From NCBI GenBank assembly GCA_018696395.1, contig JABHQR010000012.1, forward strand, positions 11,841 through 75,840: a DNA stretch of 64,000 nucleotides, given 5' to 3'. The translations under genes and the position numbers were made by a program. Shown here piece after piece: positions 56,450 through 64,000 of this stretch; position 1 is the stretch's first letter; each line of letters begins with the position of its first letter. Below the pieces are notes generated by a model, which saw nothing but the letters and a program-made list of their open reading frames with translations, was not told where the DNA came from and ran no database searches. This stretch comes from an archaeon. GTDB taxonomy: Archaea; Nanobdellota; Nanobdellia; Woesearchaeales; GW2011-AR9.

Positions 56450-57256
56450 ATGGCAAGAATAATCTTCTTAGGAACTGCAGGAAGTAACTCTGTATTAGCA
56501 AGAAATTTACGTTCTTCTGGAGGGATTATTGTTCAACTTGACGAACTCCAATTACATCTTGATCCTGGACCTGGGGCATTATCTCAAGCTGCAAAGTATG
56601 GTGTGAATTTAAGAAATAATACTGCTGTGCTTGTTACTCATAAACATTTGAATCATTGTAATGACCTTAATTTAGTTGTTGAAACAATGAGTTATTCTGG
56701 TTTAGAAAGAAGGGGTGTATTACTTGCTTCAAAATCTGTAGTAAGAAACGTTGAAGAGGAACATCCTTTCTTAACAAGATATCATCAAAATTTCTTAGAA
56801 AAAATTATTGTTATGGAAAAAGGTAGTAAAGTTGGTGTTGAACTTGTAGAAATCAATTCTTTACCAGTTGAACATAAAGATCCTCATGCAATTGGGTTTA
56901 AATTATTTTTCCCAAAATTTGTGTTAAGTTATACAGGCGATACTGCTTACAATGAAGAGCTTGTTGATGAACTTGCTGGTACTGATATTTTAATTTTAAA
57001 TGTTCCTTACCCTGGTAAAGAAGGTAAAGGATTAAACCTTGATACTGAATCTGCAATAAAAATCATATCTAAAGTAAGGCCTAAACTGGTTGTATTAACG
57101 CATTTCGGTTTAGAGATGTTAAAAGCAGATCCAATTCAAGAAGTTCGTGAAATTCAAAGAGTTACTGGTGTTCAAACAGTTGCTGCAAAAGATGGATTAA
57201 CGCTTGTCCCAGGTTCTTATAATATGAGTCATTCTCCTGTAAAAGGTTATTATTAG
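56450..57256 (+). CDS. metallo-beta-lactamase-fold hydrolase (start probably the internal ATG at 56450; ORF opens at 56399)
   Basis: MARIIFLGTAGS N-terminus, His-rich VLVTHKHLNHCNDL block, later TGDTAY and VVLTHFG, all consistent with the MBL fold. Confidence 0.55.
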   Translation: MARIIFLGTAGSNSVLARNLRSSGGIIVQLDELQLHLDPGPGALSQAAKYGVNLRNNTAVLVTHKHLNHCNDLNLVVETMSYSGLERRGVLLASKSVVRNVEEEHPFLTRYHQNFLEKIIVMEKGSKVGVELVEINSLPVEHKDPHAIGFKLFFPKFVLSYTGDTAYNEELVDELAGTDILILNVPYPGKEGKGLNLDTESAIKIISKVRPKLVVLTHFGLEMLKADPIQEVREIQRVTGVQTVAAKDGLTLVPGSYNMSHSPVKGYY

Positions 57257-57263
57257 AAATAAC

Positions 57264-58007
57264 TTATTTCTTTGCTTCTTTCCACATTTGATTGAAAAAT
57301 TCTCTATAAGAATCACTTAATTGTTTAGATGTTATTATTACTGCAACAGGTTCTGGTTTTAATGTGAAATTTAAAATGTTATCTCCTAAAATTATTACTC
57401 CAATTGGGGCAGCTGGAACAAATTTAAATTTTGGTGTTTCAAACTTAGAATAATATCTATATTTGTTAACTTGTTTTCTGAACTTTTCATTAACTATAAA
57501 CTTAACTTTATATCTCTTAATGGCTCTTTTTTTCTGTAGTTCTCTGAAAAATAGTTTTGTTTCATTAGAATCATCTTTTTCATAACCTGGTGGGAAACCG
57601 ATATAATCTGAACCTTTAGGTAAATTGTCCATACAGTAATTGAACGCATTGTATAATCCTTTCCATCCTTTGAATACTTGTGCTTCTTGTTTTTGTTCAA
57701 CTTGAACTCTTCTTTCAATCAGTTTTGGAACCAGTTCTTCAACTTTTTCTTTTTTATCTTGGATGAACTGGATAAGATTTTTTGGATCAGTTGTTGAAAA
57801 ATATTTTCTTTTACCTTTCTGAATGTATGTCACTAATCCATGCTTAATTAATTTGTTTAAAGCATTGTAAACTACTGAATTTTGTAACTCTGACTTTTTG
57901 ATTAAAGGTCCTGAAGTGGTTTCTCCCAATTCTAATAAGGATATATAAATTTTAATCTGGCCATTAGTTAATCCAATGTCTTTTAGGACTGATGTGTCGA
58001 TTTGCAT
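57264..58007 (-). CDS. TrmB-like transcriptional regulator
   Basis: N-terminal HTH LTNGQIKIYISLLELGETTSGPLIKKSELQNSVVYNALNKLIKHGLV. 247 aa. Confidence 0.6.
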   Translation of the reverse strand: MQIDTSVLKDIGLTNGQIKIYISLLELGETTSGPLIKKSELQNSVVYNALNKLIKHGLVTYIQKGKRKYFSTTDPKNLIQFIQDKKEKVEELVPKLIERRVQVEQKQEAQVFKGWKGLYNAFNYCMDNLPKGSDYIGFPPGYEKDDSNETKLFFRELQKKRAIKRYKVKFIVNEKFRKQVNKYRYYSKFETPKFKFVPAAPIGVIILGDNILNFTLKPEPVAVIITSKQLSDSYREFFNQMWKEAKK

Positions 58008-58040
58008 GTTATTATCTTATCTCTCATGTTATTTAAACTT

Positions 58041-58058
58041 TTCTCCTAAAAAGGAGAA
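58041..58058. promoter_or_regulatory. perfect inverted repeat TTCTCC-TAAAAA-GGAGAA in the divergent intergenic region between the TrmB-like gene and the 58129 operon; candidate operator
   Basis: Palindrome read directly. Lies between divergently oriented genes. Confidence 0.3.
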
Positions 58059-58128
58059 TAAATATTTATATGGCCCGTCAGTTACTACTTATTCATAACA
58101 AAAACATAATGAAAGGGGTAAGGGAAAA

Positions 58129-58677
58129 ATGGAGAATTTAGAAGAACAAATCAGAAAATTTAGGAGTATTGTTGATACAAGAAAAAATGAACATATTGCT
58201 AATGAGAATAAACTAGCTCCTAAAATTGACAATGCAATAATTTTGGGAACGGAAGCAATGGCTTGGTTAAGAGATTATGAATCTCAAATGTATGATACTG
58301 TAAGGGATGCTTTAGCAGTAGATAACTATGGGGGTGGATTAAGTATATATTCACCAAAACCAGATTGTAATGGTATGTGCTATTGGAAGTTAGTTTTATG
58401 TCCAGAATTAAAAGTTTTTTCATATGATAAATTTACAAGATGTGGGCCATTTGATTTGACTAATAAAGGTACCTCTGATGTGATTGTACATCCTAACAGA
58501 AAGCAGACTTTGTATTTAGGTTTAGAGGTAGAAACTTATGGCATGGAAGGATTTCAAGAGAGGGTTATAAGATTTACAGGTCATAATTTAAGGGACTTAA
58601 AAAGAAAAGGTCGTGAAGATTTTTCTACTTTTTTAAAGTCAAAAGGTGTGTTAAATTCACCTTATAATATTAGGTGA
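58129..58677 (+). CDS. hypothetical protein, first gene of the repeat-family operon
   Basis: 182-aa ORF with SD GAAAGGGGTAAGGG upstream. Its stop overlaps the next start (ATGA). Confidence 0.4.
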   Translation: MENLEEQIRKFRSIVDTRKNEHIANENKLAPKIDNAIILGTEAMAWLRDYESQMYDTVRDALAVDNYGGGLSIYSPKPDCNGMCYWKLVLCPELKVFSYDKFTRCGPFDLTNKGTSDVIVHPNRKQTLYLGLEVETYGMEGFQERVIRFTGHNLRDLKRKGREDFSTFLKSKGVLNSPYNIR

Positions 58678-58937
58678 TCAAAATGAATAAAGGGATGTAT
58701 TTTGCAGGAATAATGGCTGGAACAATGTTTGGACATGTTTTGTTTGATCATGTTAGAAAGAATGATTGTTTGGAGGGGAAGGTTGAAACTCAGGAAATTT
58801 ATCAACCACAAATCTCTCAGCCATATGACTCTCAATCACAAGGAGGGTTTGAGATTCATAGTTTAGAATCAGATTATGATATTGGGATTCATACTGGTGA
58901 AAATCAAATACCAGTAATTATGATTTACGAGGAATAG
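58674..58937 (+). CDS. small protein with one N-terminal TM helix
   Basis: 87 aa, start overlaps the upstream stop. Hydrophobic GMYFAGIMAGTMFGHVLF. Confidence 0.35.
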   Translation: MIKMNKGMYFAGIMAGTMFGHVLFDHVRKNDCLEGKVETQEIYQPQISQPYDSQSQGGFEIHSLESDYDIGIHTGENQIPVIMIYEE

Positions 58938-58940
58938 AAA

Positions 58941-59747
58941 ATGGAACAAGAAAAATTAGAAAACAAATTATTTTACTCAGTTGTAGAATCTTTAGGATAT
59001 AATCCTAGCAAAAGAGAAGTACTTCATGCTTATCAAACCGGTATTAATGAAGCTCAGGCTATTGCAGATAAAGGATTTAATGCAACTTGTGAGGATTATA
59101 GTTATGGGATTAAGAATATCCTGGAAGAGAATGAATTATGGTATCAAGCTTTCATTAAAGGTTACCAGCATTTTGCAAATCAAGGGGTAAACGAGGACTT
59201 AAGTATTTTATTTTCAAATGTTATGTGTCTACTTCATGATAGAAATGATAGACTTAAGTCTGAATCAAATGGTGTATACTCTCAGGATTCTTGGTTTGGA
59301 CAAGATCTAAGACAAAAGGAAAGAAGAAATGTTGATTTTTATCAATCTATTTTAGATTTAGGAAATAATCCAACTAAAAGAGAAGTTCACAATACTTTCA
59401 GTAGTTGGTGTAGGGAAGCGGATAGTATGGTTGATGAATTTTTACAAGTAGATCTACAAGATCAATTCAGTGAATATGTTCATGAAACTGTAAGATGGCG
59501 TCATGCTTTTATTATGAGGTATTCTCATTTTGTAAAATATGACCTGAATAAAGAAGTTTCAAATTTATTTTCTAAGACTCTTGCCTTATTAGGAAGTAAA
59601 AAAGGAATAGTTTGTTATGGGGATCGTGACTCTGATAATCTCCCAAGAAAAAGAAGAAAGAATTTTGATCGAGAAACAAATTATCGAAGAGAAATAATGG
59701 CTCTTGGTGAAAAATGGAGGTTACAAAATGAAATCGCAAAAGAATGA
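58941..59747 (+). CDS. protein with two copies of an uncharacterised ~100-aa alpha-helical repeat (family member 1)
   Basis: Copies begin KLFYSVVESLGYNPSKREV... and VDFYQSILDLGNNPTKREV..., each ending in a HF[AV][NK]Y.LN.[DE][LV]S block. Confidence 0.5.
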   Translation: MEQEKLENKLFYSVVESLGYNPSKREVLHAYQTGINEAQAIADKGFNATCEDYSYGIKNILEENELWYQAFIKGYQHFANQGVNEDLSILFSNVMCLLHDRNDRLKSESNGVYSQDSWFGQDLRQKERRNVDFYQSILDLGNNPTKREVHNTFSSWCREADSMVDEFLQVDLQDQFSEYVHETVRWRHAFIMRYSHFVKYDLNKEVSNLFSKTLALLGSKKGIVCYGDRDSDNLPRKRRKNFDRETNYRREIMALGEKWRLQNEIAKE

Positions 59748-60480
59748 TTTTTATCAATCAGTATTAGAAATGAACTTGAATCCTACTAAAAGAAATGTTT
59801 ATACTGCTGTTGATGTGGGATTAAAAGAAGCACAGTATATGGCAGAAGATTGTTATTGGTCTGATTTCTTAAATCCTTTAGAAGAAATGTTAGGGCAGTG
59901 TATAACTTTTCGACATGGAATTATTACTGGTTATGAACATTTTGTAAAATATAACCTTAATGAAGATTTAAGCAATTTGGTTTTAAACACAGAACTAATG
60001 TTGGGTCTTAAACATGATTCAATTACTAGTTCTCGTTTAGATGATTTTTTTGATCGTGAATCTCATCCTAAAATGTCATCTATTTTTGAACCAAAAAGAG
60101 CTAAGTTAGAAGATAGTTTATTCTATCAATCTGTTTTAGGTTTAGGTCCTAATCCTGACAAAAATGATGTTGCAAAATCTTATCTTATAGGGATTAATGA
60201 AGCTCAATGTCTAATTAATGGGATTTACTCCGCAGAAGAAGATTCTGAATTTAGGTCTTTACTTAAAGATTTGATCAACTGGCGTTATGCACATATCAAC
60301 GGATATCAACATTTCATGAAATATGGTCTTAATAATAATCTTGGTGTTGTTGTATCTGGTACTAAGGCTCTGTTACAAAATCAAAAAAAGAAAGTTCGTG
60401 ATCGTAAATTTGATGAAATGATGGTAAAAAAATGGAAACAAGAAGAGGAGGATGAAGAAAATGAAATCGCAAGAAAATGA
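59704..60480 (+). CDS. protein with two copies of the same repeat (family member 2; likely start at the MKSQ codon ~59728)
   Basis: Copies begin NDFYQSVLEMNLNPTKRNV... and SLFYQSVLGLGPNPDKNDV.... The start overlaps the upstream gene's ..NEIAKE stop in another frame. Confidence 0.5.
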   Translation: MVKNGGYKMKSQKNDFYQSVLEMNLNPTKRNVYTAVDVGLKEAQYMAEDCYWSDFLNPLEEMLGQCITFRHGIITGYEHFVKYNLNEDLSNLVLNTELMLGLKHDSITSSRLDDFFDRESHPKMSSIFEPKRAKLEDSLFYQSVLGLGPNPDKNDVAKSYLIGINEAQCLINGIYSAEEDSEFRSLLKDLINWRYAHINGYQHFMKYGLNNNLGVVVSGTKALLQNQKKKVRDRKFDEMMVKKWKQEEEDEENEIARK

Positions 60481-60871
60481 TTTTTATCAAACTGTTTTGG
60501 AATTAGGACACAATCCAGGAAGAAGGAGTGTGATCAACGCATATCGTGTGGGAATAAGGGAAGCACAAAGTATAGCAGATAAAGTGTGTGATGCTTATTC
60601 TACTGATGACTTTATTGATTTAAAGAAAGAGTATATTACTTTGAGAAGAGCTTATGTTGCTGGATTAAGTTATTTTGTTAAGTATGGTGTTCAAAAAGAT
60701 TTAGATATATTAATGTTAAATACTGTTAGTATGATACATATGAGGAGTGGCTTAATCAGGAATGAAGAATTTTATAAGGGTATTCAAAGTATTGCTGAAT
60801 CTGAAAAAAAAAGAAAGCAAGAAGAATCAAAAGATGAAGAACTGGATACCGAAAGTAATTTGGTAAATTGA
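60452..60871 (+). CDS. single-repeat member of the same family (family member 3; likely start ~60461)
   Basis: MKSQENDFYQTVLELGHNPGRRSV...SYFVKYGVQKDLDIL. Overlaps the previous gene's ..ENEIARK stop exactly as at the preceding junction. Confidence 0.5.
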   Translation: MKKMKSQENDFYQTVLELGHNPGRRSVINAYRVGIREAQSIADKVCDAYSTDDFIDLKKEYITLRRAYVAGLSYFVKYGVQKDLDILMLNTVSMIHMRSGLIRNEEFYKGIQSIAESEKKRKQEESKDEELDTESNLVN

Positions 60872-60913
60872 ATAATAACAGAAATGTAAAAAAGATGAAT
60901 GAAAATAAAAAAA

Positions 60914-61819
60914 TTAAATGAACATTCCAACTAACCAAACTAACCCTAGCCCTACAAAACACCCTGCAGAAACGAAAGGCATTGCTGGGTAGTATTTATC
61001 TTTTTTAGCTAATCTGAACAAGATGTACAAGGATAAGGTTGTTGCTAATGATACAAGTAAACTTAGTTTCATTCCGAAATCAATCATTACAACTCCAGTA
61101 AACATTAATGGGAAAGCTATGTCTCCTCCACCTAATATTGCGGTAGATGTTTTTACTGGAACTTTTTTGTCGTGGATTTCACTTGTGTGCTTAACTACAC
61201 TTTTTCCTTTTTTCTTATCTTCACTTCTAATGTAAGGAATAGCAATTCCAGCAAATAAATTCATCTTAGATTGCGCTTTAGCCATCTTAACCATATGTTT
61301 GGATTGCCAAACTGCATAAGCATCATAAATTGAAATGGCAACTAATAAAATGGAAATTGAAGTTAGGTTAAATACTGGTATCAAAATTACTGCAATCCCT
61401 GGATAAATTAATATTTCAGTTACGTTGTGTACTATTGGATTGCTTTTGAATATTTTCCAAACACCTAAAATTGTTGCAACAATAATGCTAATTGCCTGGT
61501 TAAAGAATGCTCCTATTGATGCACTTATGGCCAATATTGATGCCATTAAAAATGCAAATTTCCAAAATATGAATAGTTTGAATTTTATTACTAAAAAGAA
61601 TATTGCAGTACCCAAAAATACCATTAATAATATCGGAATGTAAGAACTGTTTTGTTCAAAGTCTGGGCTTTCTCCGATCGGAAGTGCGTTCATTACTAAC
61701 ATTCCTTCAAGTTCTGTTTGTTCATAATTAATATACTCATTCAGTATAACTAATCCCAATAATTGTGTTACTAAAAACAGTCCTAATAATAGAAAAGTGA
61801 TTGTTTGATTGTGTTTCAT
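60914..61819 (-). CDS. presenilin/signal-peptide-peptidase-family intramembrane aspartyl protease (A22)
   Basis: Multi-TM protein with YD (AISIYDAYAVW), GxGD (ILGGGDIAFPLMF) and PAL-like (PAMPF) motifs in the correct order. Confidence 0.7.
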   Translation of the reverse strand: MKHNQTITFLLLGLFLVTQLLGLVILNEYINYEQTELEGMLVMNALPIGESPDFEQNSSYIPILLMVFLGTAIFFLVIKFKLFIFWKFAFLMASILAISASIGAFFNQAISIIVATILGVWKIFKSNPIVHNVTEILIYPGIAVILIPVFNLTSISILLVAISIYDAYAVWQSKHMVKMAKAQSKMNLFAGIAIPYIRSEDKKKGKSVVKHTSEIHDKKVPVKTSTAILGGGDIAFPLMFTGVVMIDFGMKLSLLVSLATTLSLYILFRLAKKDKYYPAMPFVSAGCFVGLGLVWLVGMFI

Positions 61820-61903
61820 TAATATTTCACCTCAACTTATCTTTAACAATTAAATAATATTATCATGATTTTAAATAAAAAATAAAATCATTTGTTAAGG
61901 TAA

Positions 61904-62986
61904 TTAGCTTGCCTTTAAAAATTCTTTCAAATCTTTATGGCTTGGCATTTCTCCTAAGAACGTTTCAATGATTACTGCAGTTAATGATAATACCATTGGC
62001 CCAATAATAACTCCTAATGGTCCAAAAAAATATACTCCTCCAAAAATACCTATTAGTACTAATAGTGGGTGAACTTTAGCTTTATCTCCAATTATTTTTG
62101 GTCTTAATATATTGTCCATTCCACTAACAATTACTGTTCCATAAACTATCAAGATAATCCCTTTGATAATCAATCCTGTGCTGTCTTGCATCATCCCATC
62201 TATTATCAAGTAAGCTGCTGCTGGGCCCCATACTAAACCGGTACCTAGGTATGGTACCATTGCTAAGAAACCCATGACGATTCCCCAAAAGAAAGGGGAT
62301 GGTATCCCCAATACTAAGAAACCTAACGCTCCTAAAACTCCTTGTAAAAATGCTACTAAAACATATCCATAAGTAATTCCATAAGTAATATCTTTCAATC
62401 TAGAAATTATTTTTACATACTCTTTTTTCTTTACACACAGATAATATCCTACTCTGTCAACTAGTTTAGCACCATCTCTTAAAAAATAAAATAGTGCAAA
62501 TAAAGTGATCATTAAATTTATGATTAAAGTTGGTATAGCAACTAATGCGTCTGACCCTTTTACTATAATGTACCTTGTAATGTCTTGTGATGCTTTTTCT
62601 ATGTGGAACGAAATTTGTGGGTTAGAAAGAATGCCTTTTGCAGATTCACATAACTGTGTATTGCAATTTTGTAAAAAATCTTGGCCAATAATATCTTTAC
62701 TAACATTATAAATTGAATAAGACTCTTGAATTAAAACTTTAAGAAAATATGCAGATGGGGCAATAATTAATACCAAAACAAAAACGCAGACCAAAAACGC
62801 ACTGACATTTTCTTTTTTAGTTTTTTTAACAAGCCATTGATATAATGGATTAAATATGTAAGCTACCAAACTTGCAAGAAATATTGCTATTAGAAATGGT
62901 TTAACTACTAAATATGATAATATAATTAATATTGAAAATAAAGCTATTGGAAGTAATGTTCTAAATCTAGCTTTTTGTCCTACCAT
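61904..62986 (-). CDS. AI-2E family transporter (PerM/UPF0118)
   Basis: 8 TM segments and the conserved C-terminal GMDNILRPKIIG block. 360 aa. Confidence 0.7.
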   Translation of the reverse strand: MVGQKARFRTLLPIALFSILIILSYLVVKPFLIAIFLASLVAYIFNPLYQWLVKKTKKENVSAFLVCVFVLVLIIAPSAYFLKVLIQESYSIYNVSKDIIGQDFLQNCNTQLCESAKGILSNPQISFHIEKASQDITRYIIVKGSDALVAIPTLIINLMITLFALFYFLRDGAKLVDRVGYYLCVKKKEYVKIISRLKDITYGITYGYVLVAFLQGVLGALGFLVLGIPSPFFWGIVMGFLAMVPYLGTGLVWGPAAAYLIIDGMMQDSTGLIIKGIILIVYGTVIVSGMDNILRPKIIGDKAKVHPLLVLIGIFGGVYFFGPLGVIIGPMVLSLTAVIIETFLGEMPSHKDLKEFLKAS

Positions 62987-63128
62987 TTTTATTTTTCATC
63001 CTTAAATATTTATTATATCCTTATTACATTGTTTTATAGTATATAAATTTTTGTGAGTAGTTTGTAAACTTTATTTCCTAACTTTAACAAAAAGTTTAAA
63101 TAAGCTTTACCAAAATTTAATTTCATTA

Positions 63129-63239
63129 TGCTCAGATCGCATAATTTGGTATTGCGCTGGACTGCTATATCTTTCATAAGCAATCTTTGCAGCCATCCAG
63201 TTTCCTTTTGGATATCTGGGTTCAAATCCCAGTCTGAGC
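63129..63239 (+). tRNA. tRNA-Ser (anticodon GCT), class II, with a 27-nt canonical 37/38 intron (~63166..63192)
   Basis: Hand fold: acceptor GCTCAGA/TCTGAGC plus G, anticodon stem CTGGA/TCCAG with loop CTGCTA|A, 15-nt variable arm, T arm CTGGG-TTCAAAT-CCCAG. Confidence 0.6.
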
Positions 63240-63297
63240 GTATTACCTTTTTTTCTTTACCCAAAACTTAATATACATCGATTCTCTTCTTTTAGTT

Positions 63298-63750
63298 ATG
63301 GCTTTTAAGGAAGTAACTCAAGAAAATCCTGATTTTTATTTATGTTATAGTTCTAATGGTAAATTGGGTGCGGTGTTCCCTGCTAAGCCAGAAATTGCTG
63401 CTGCTTTTGCAAGAGCTGGTTTTACTAAAATGACACCAATTTTATTTTGGGTCCATAACACCAATAAAAAAATGAGGTATCGAGAGGGGGGTTGTGATGA
63501 GTTATTATTTATTTGGGCAGAGATTCAAGCAATGTTCAGGGATTTTACATTTTCAGATAATCAGTTAATTGCATTTGGTTGGTGGTTAAGTCATACTCAC
63601 ACTGAGAACAATAATTTTCATAACCATTTTTTACCATATTACTCGCATAATAATTATCATATTTCAAAAGCCCATGCAATTAACATTGAAGCTGTCCTTC
63701 ATGAATTAAAACCTGCAAAAGGTTTTTTTGAAAGGGTCTTGGGGATTTAA
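63298..63750 (+). CDS. hypothetical protein (paralogous N-terminus with the next gene)
   Basis: 150-aa ORF. N-terminal ..ENPDFYLCYSSNGKLGAVFPAKPE.. parallels the downstream ORF's ..NNPDFYMHADSRNNISAFYPLKED... Confidence 0.4.
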   Translation: MAFKEVTQENPDFYLCYSSNGKLGAVFPAKPEIAAAFARAGFTKMTPILFWVHNTNKKMRYREGGCDELLFIWAEIQAMFRDFTFSDNQLIAFGWWLSHTHTENNNFHNHFLPYYSHNNYHISKAHAINIEAVLHELKPAKGFFERVLGI

Positions 63751-63825
63751 TATTGAACTAAATTGGCCAATTTTTAGAAAATTAAATAAACAAAAAAATT
63801 ATATACAATACATTGAGGTGATTAA

Positions 63826-64000
63826 TTTGACATTTAATGAAGATAATAATAATCCTGATTTTTACATGCATGCAGATTCTAGAAATAATATCTCTGCGTT
63901 TTATCCTTTGAAAGAAGATTTAATACATGAAATGAATAAATTGGGCATAGTTCCTGGAACCCCTATCGGCTGTAATAAAGAAGGGGTTTATGTTTTGAAT
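63826..64000 (+). CDS. hypothetical protein, 5' partial at window end (TTG start after SD GAGGTG)
   Basis: Open frame to the window edge. N-terminal similarity to ORF 63298. Confidence 0.3.

Noticed and set aside
57494-62711. Nested ORFs 57494..57718, 58220..58423, 59572..59757, 60756..60962, 61023..61235, 61425..61643, 62505..62711
   Set aside because: Each lies within or antisense to a longer ORF with better support.
63034-63264. 76-aa minus-strand ORF
   Set aside because: It is fully explained by the tRNA-Ser(GCT) gene on the plus strand.

Overview
This is an AT-rich (roughly 30% GC by eye) archaeal chromosome segment, densely coded on both strands. The gene content and the style of the tRNA genes (introns at non-canonical positions, one tRNA with two introns, tRNA-Ile with a UAU anticodon) fit a small-genome, DPANN-like archaeon. 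SD-like GGAGGTG/GAGGT motifs sit 5-9 nt upstream of many start codons. The housekeeping genes I am confident about are: the exosome core Rrp41-Rrp42 followed by RpoK; the conserved L44e-S27e-aIF2alpha-Nop10 cluster; Pth2; two TrmB-type regulators; a PAC2 protein; GatD; SAH hydrolase; TFB; TrmI; dUTPase; family-B DNA polymerase; Rad50; thermosome; a YjeF-C NAD(P)HX dehydratase; and four tRNAs (Leu-GAG, Asn-GUU, Ile-UAU, Ser-GCU). Two short ribosomal/snoRNP genes missing from the ORF track (S27e, Nop10) were recovered by eye. Several loci among these cannot be assigned a function. (1) At 44.5-51.1 kb, two paralogous APC-family permeases each carry a C-terminal class-I SAM-methyltransferase domain. 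They flank a KvAP-like voltage-gated K+ channel with a C-terminal zinc ribbon, a stand-alone voltage-sensor-domain protein and an unknown protein. (2) At 58.1-60.9 kb, five same-strand genes form an apparent operon. Three of them have overlapping start and stop codons and encode five copies of an unrecognised ~100-aa alpha-helical module (consensus DFYQSVLxLGxNPxKRxV...HFVKYxLNxDLSxL). (3) There are four HINT-like HIT domains in three genes. One gene is a tandem HIT-HIT fusion sitting upstream of a DHH phosphoesterase; two others sit immediately upstream of PolB. In three of the four domains, the middle, nucleophilic His of the histidine triad is replaced by Leu, Met or Ser; the fourth (second domain of the tandem fusion) keeps only one His. 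(4) A free-standing double-motif LAGLIDADG homing endonuclease gene ends inside the T-arm of tRNA-Asn, a tRNA that carries an intron inside its anticodon stem. A T-arm-like 9-12-mer occurs three times at that locus. (5) Two paralogous membrane-anchored surface proteins bracket a cassette made of a degenerate GHKL/HATPase protein, a PaaK/CapK-like adenylate-forming enzyme and an alpha/beta hydrolase. (6) Rad50 has no adjacent Mre11, but is followed by an unknown 204-aa protein and a PIN-PhoH ATPase. I found no CRISPR array, rRNA, integrase or transposase. All calls rest on motif-level reading of the translated ORFs without database searches, and the coordinates of the hand-called features (tRNAs, S27e, Nop10) were counted by eye.
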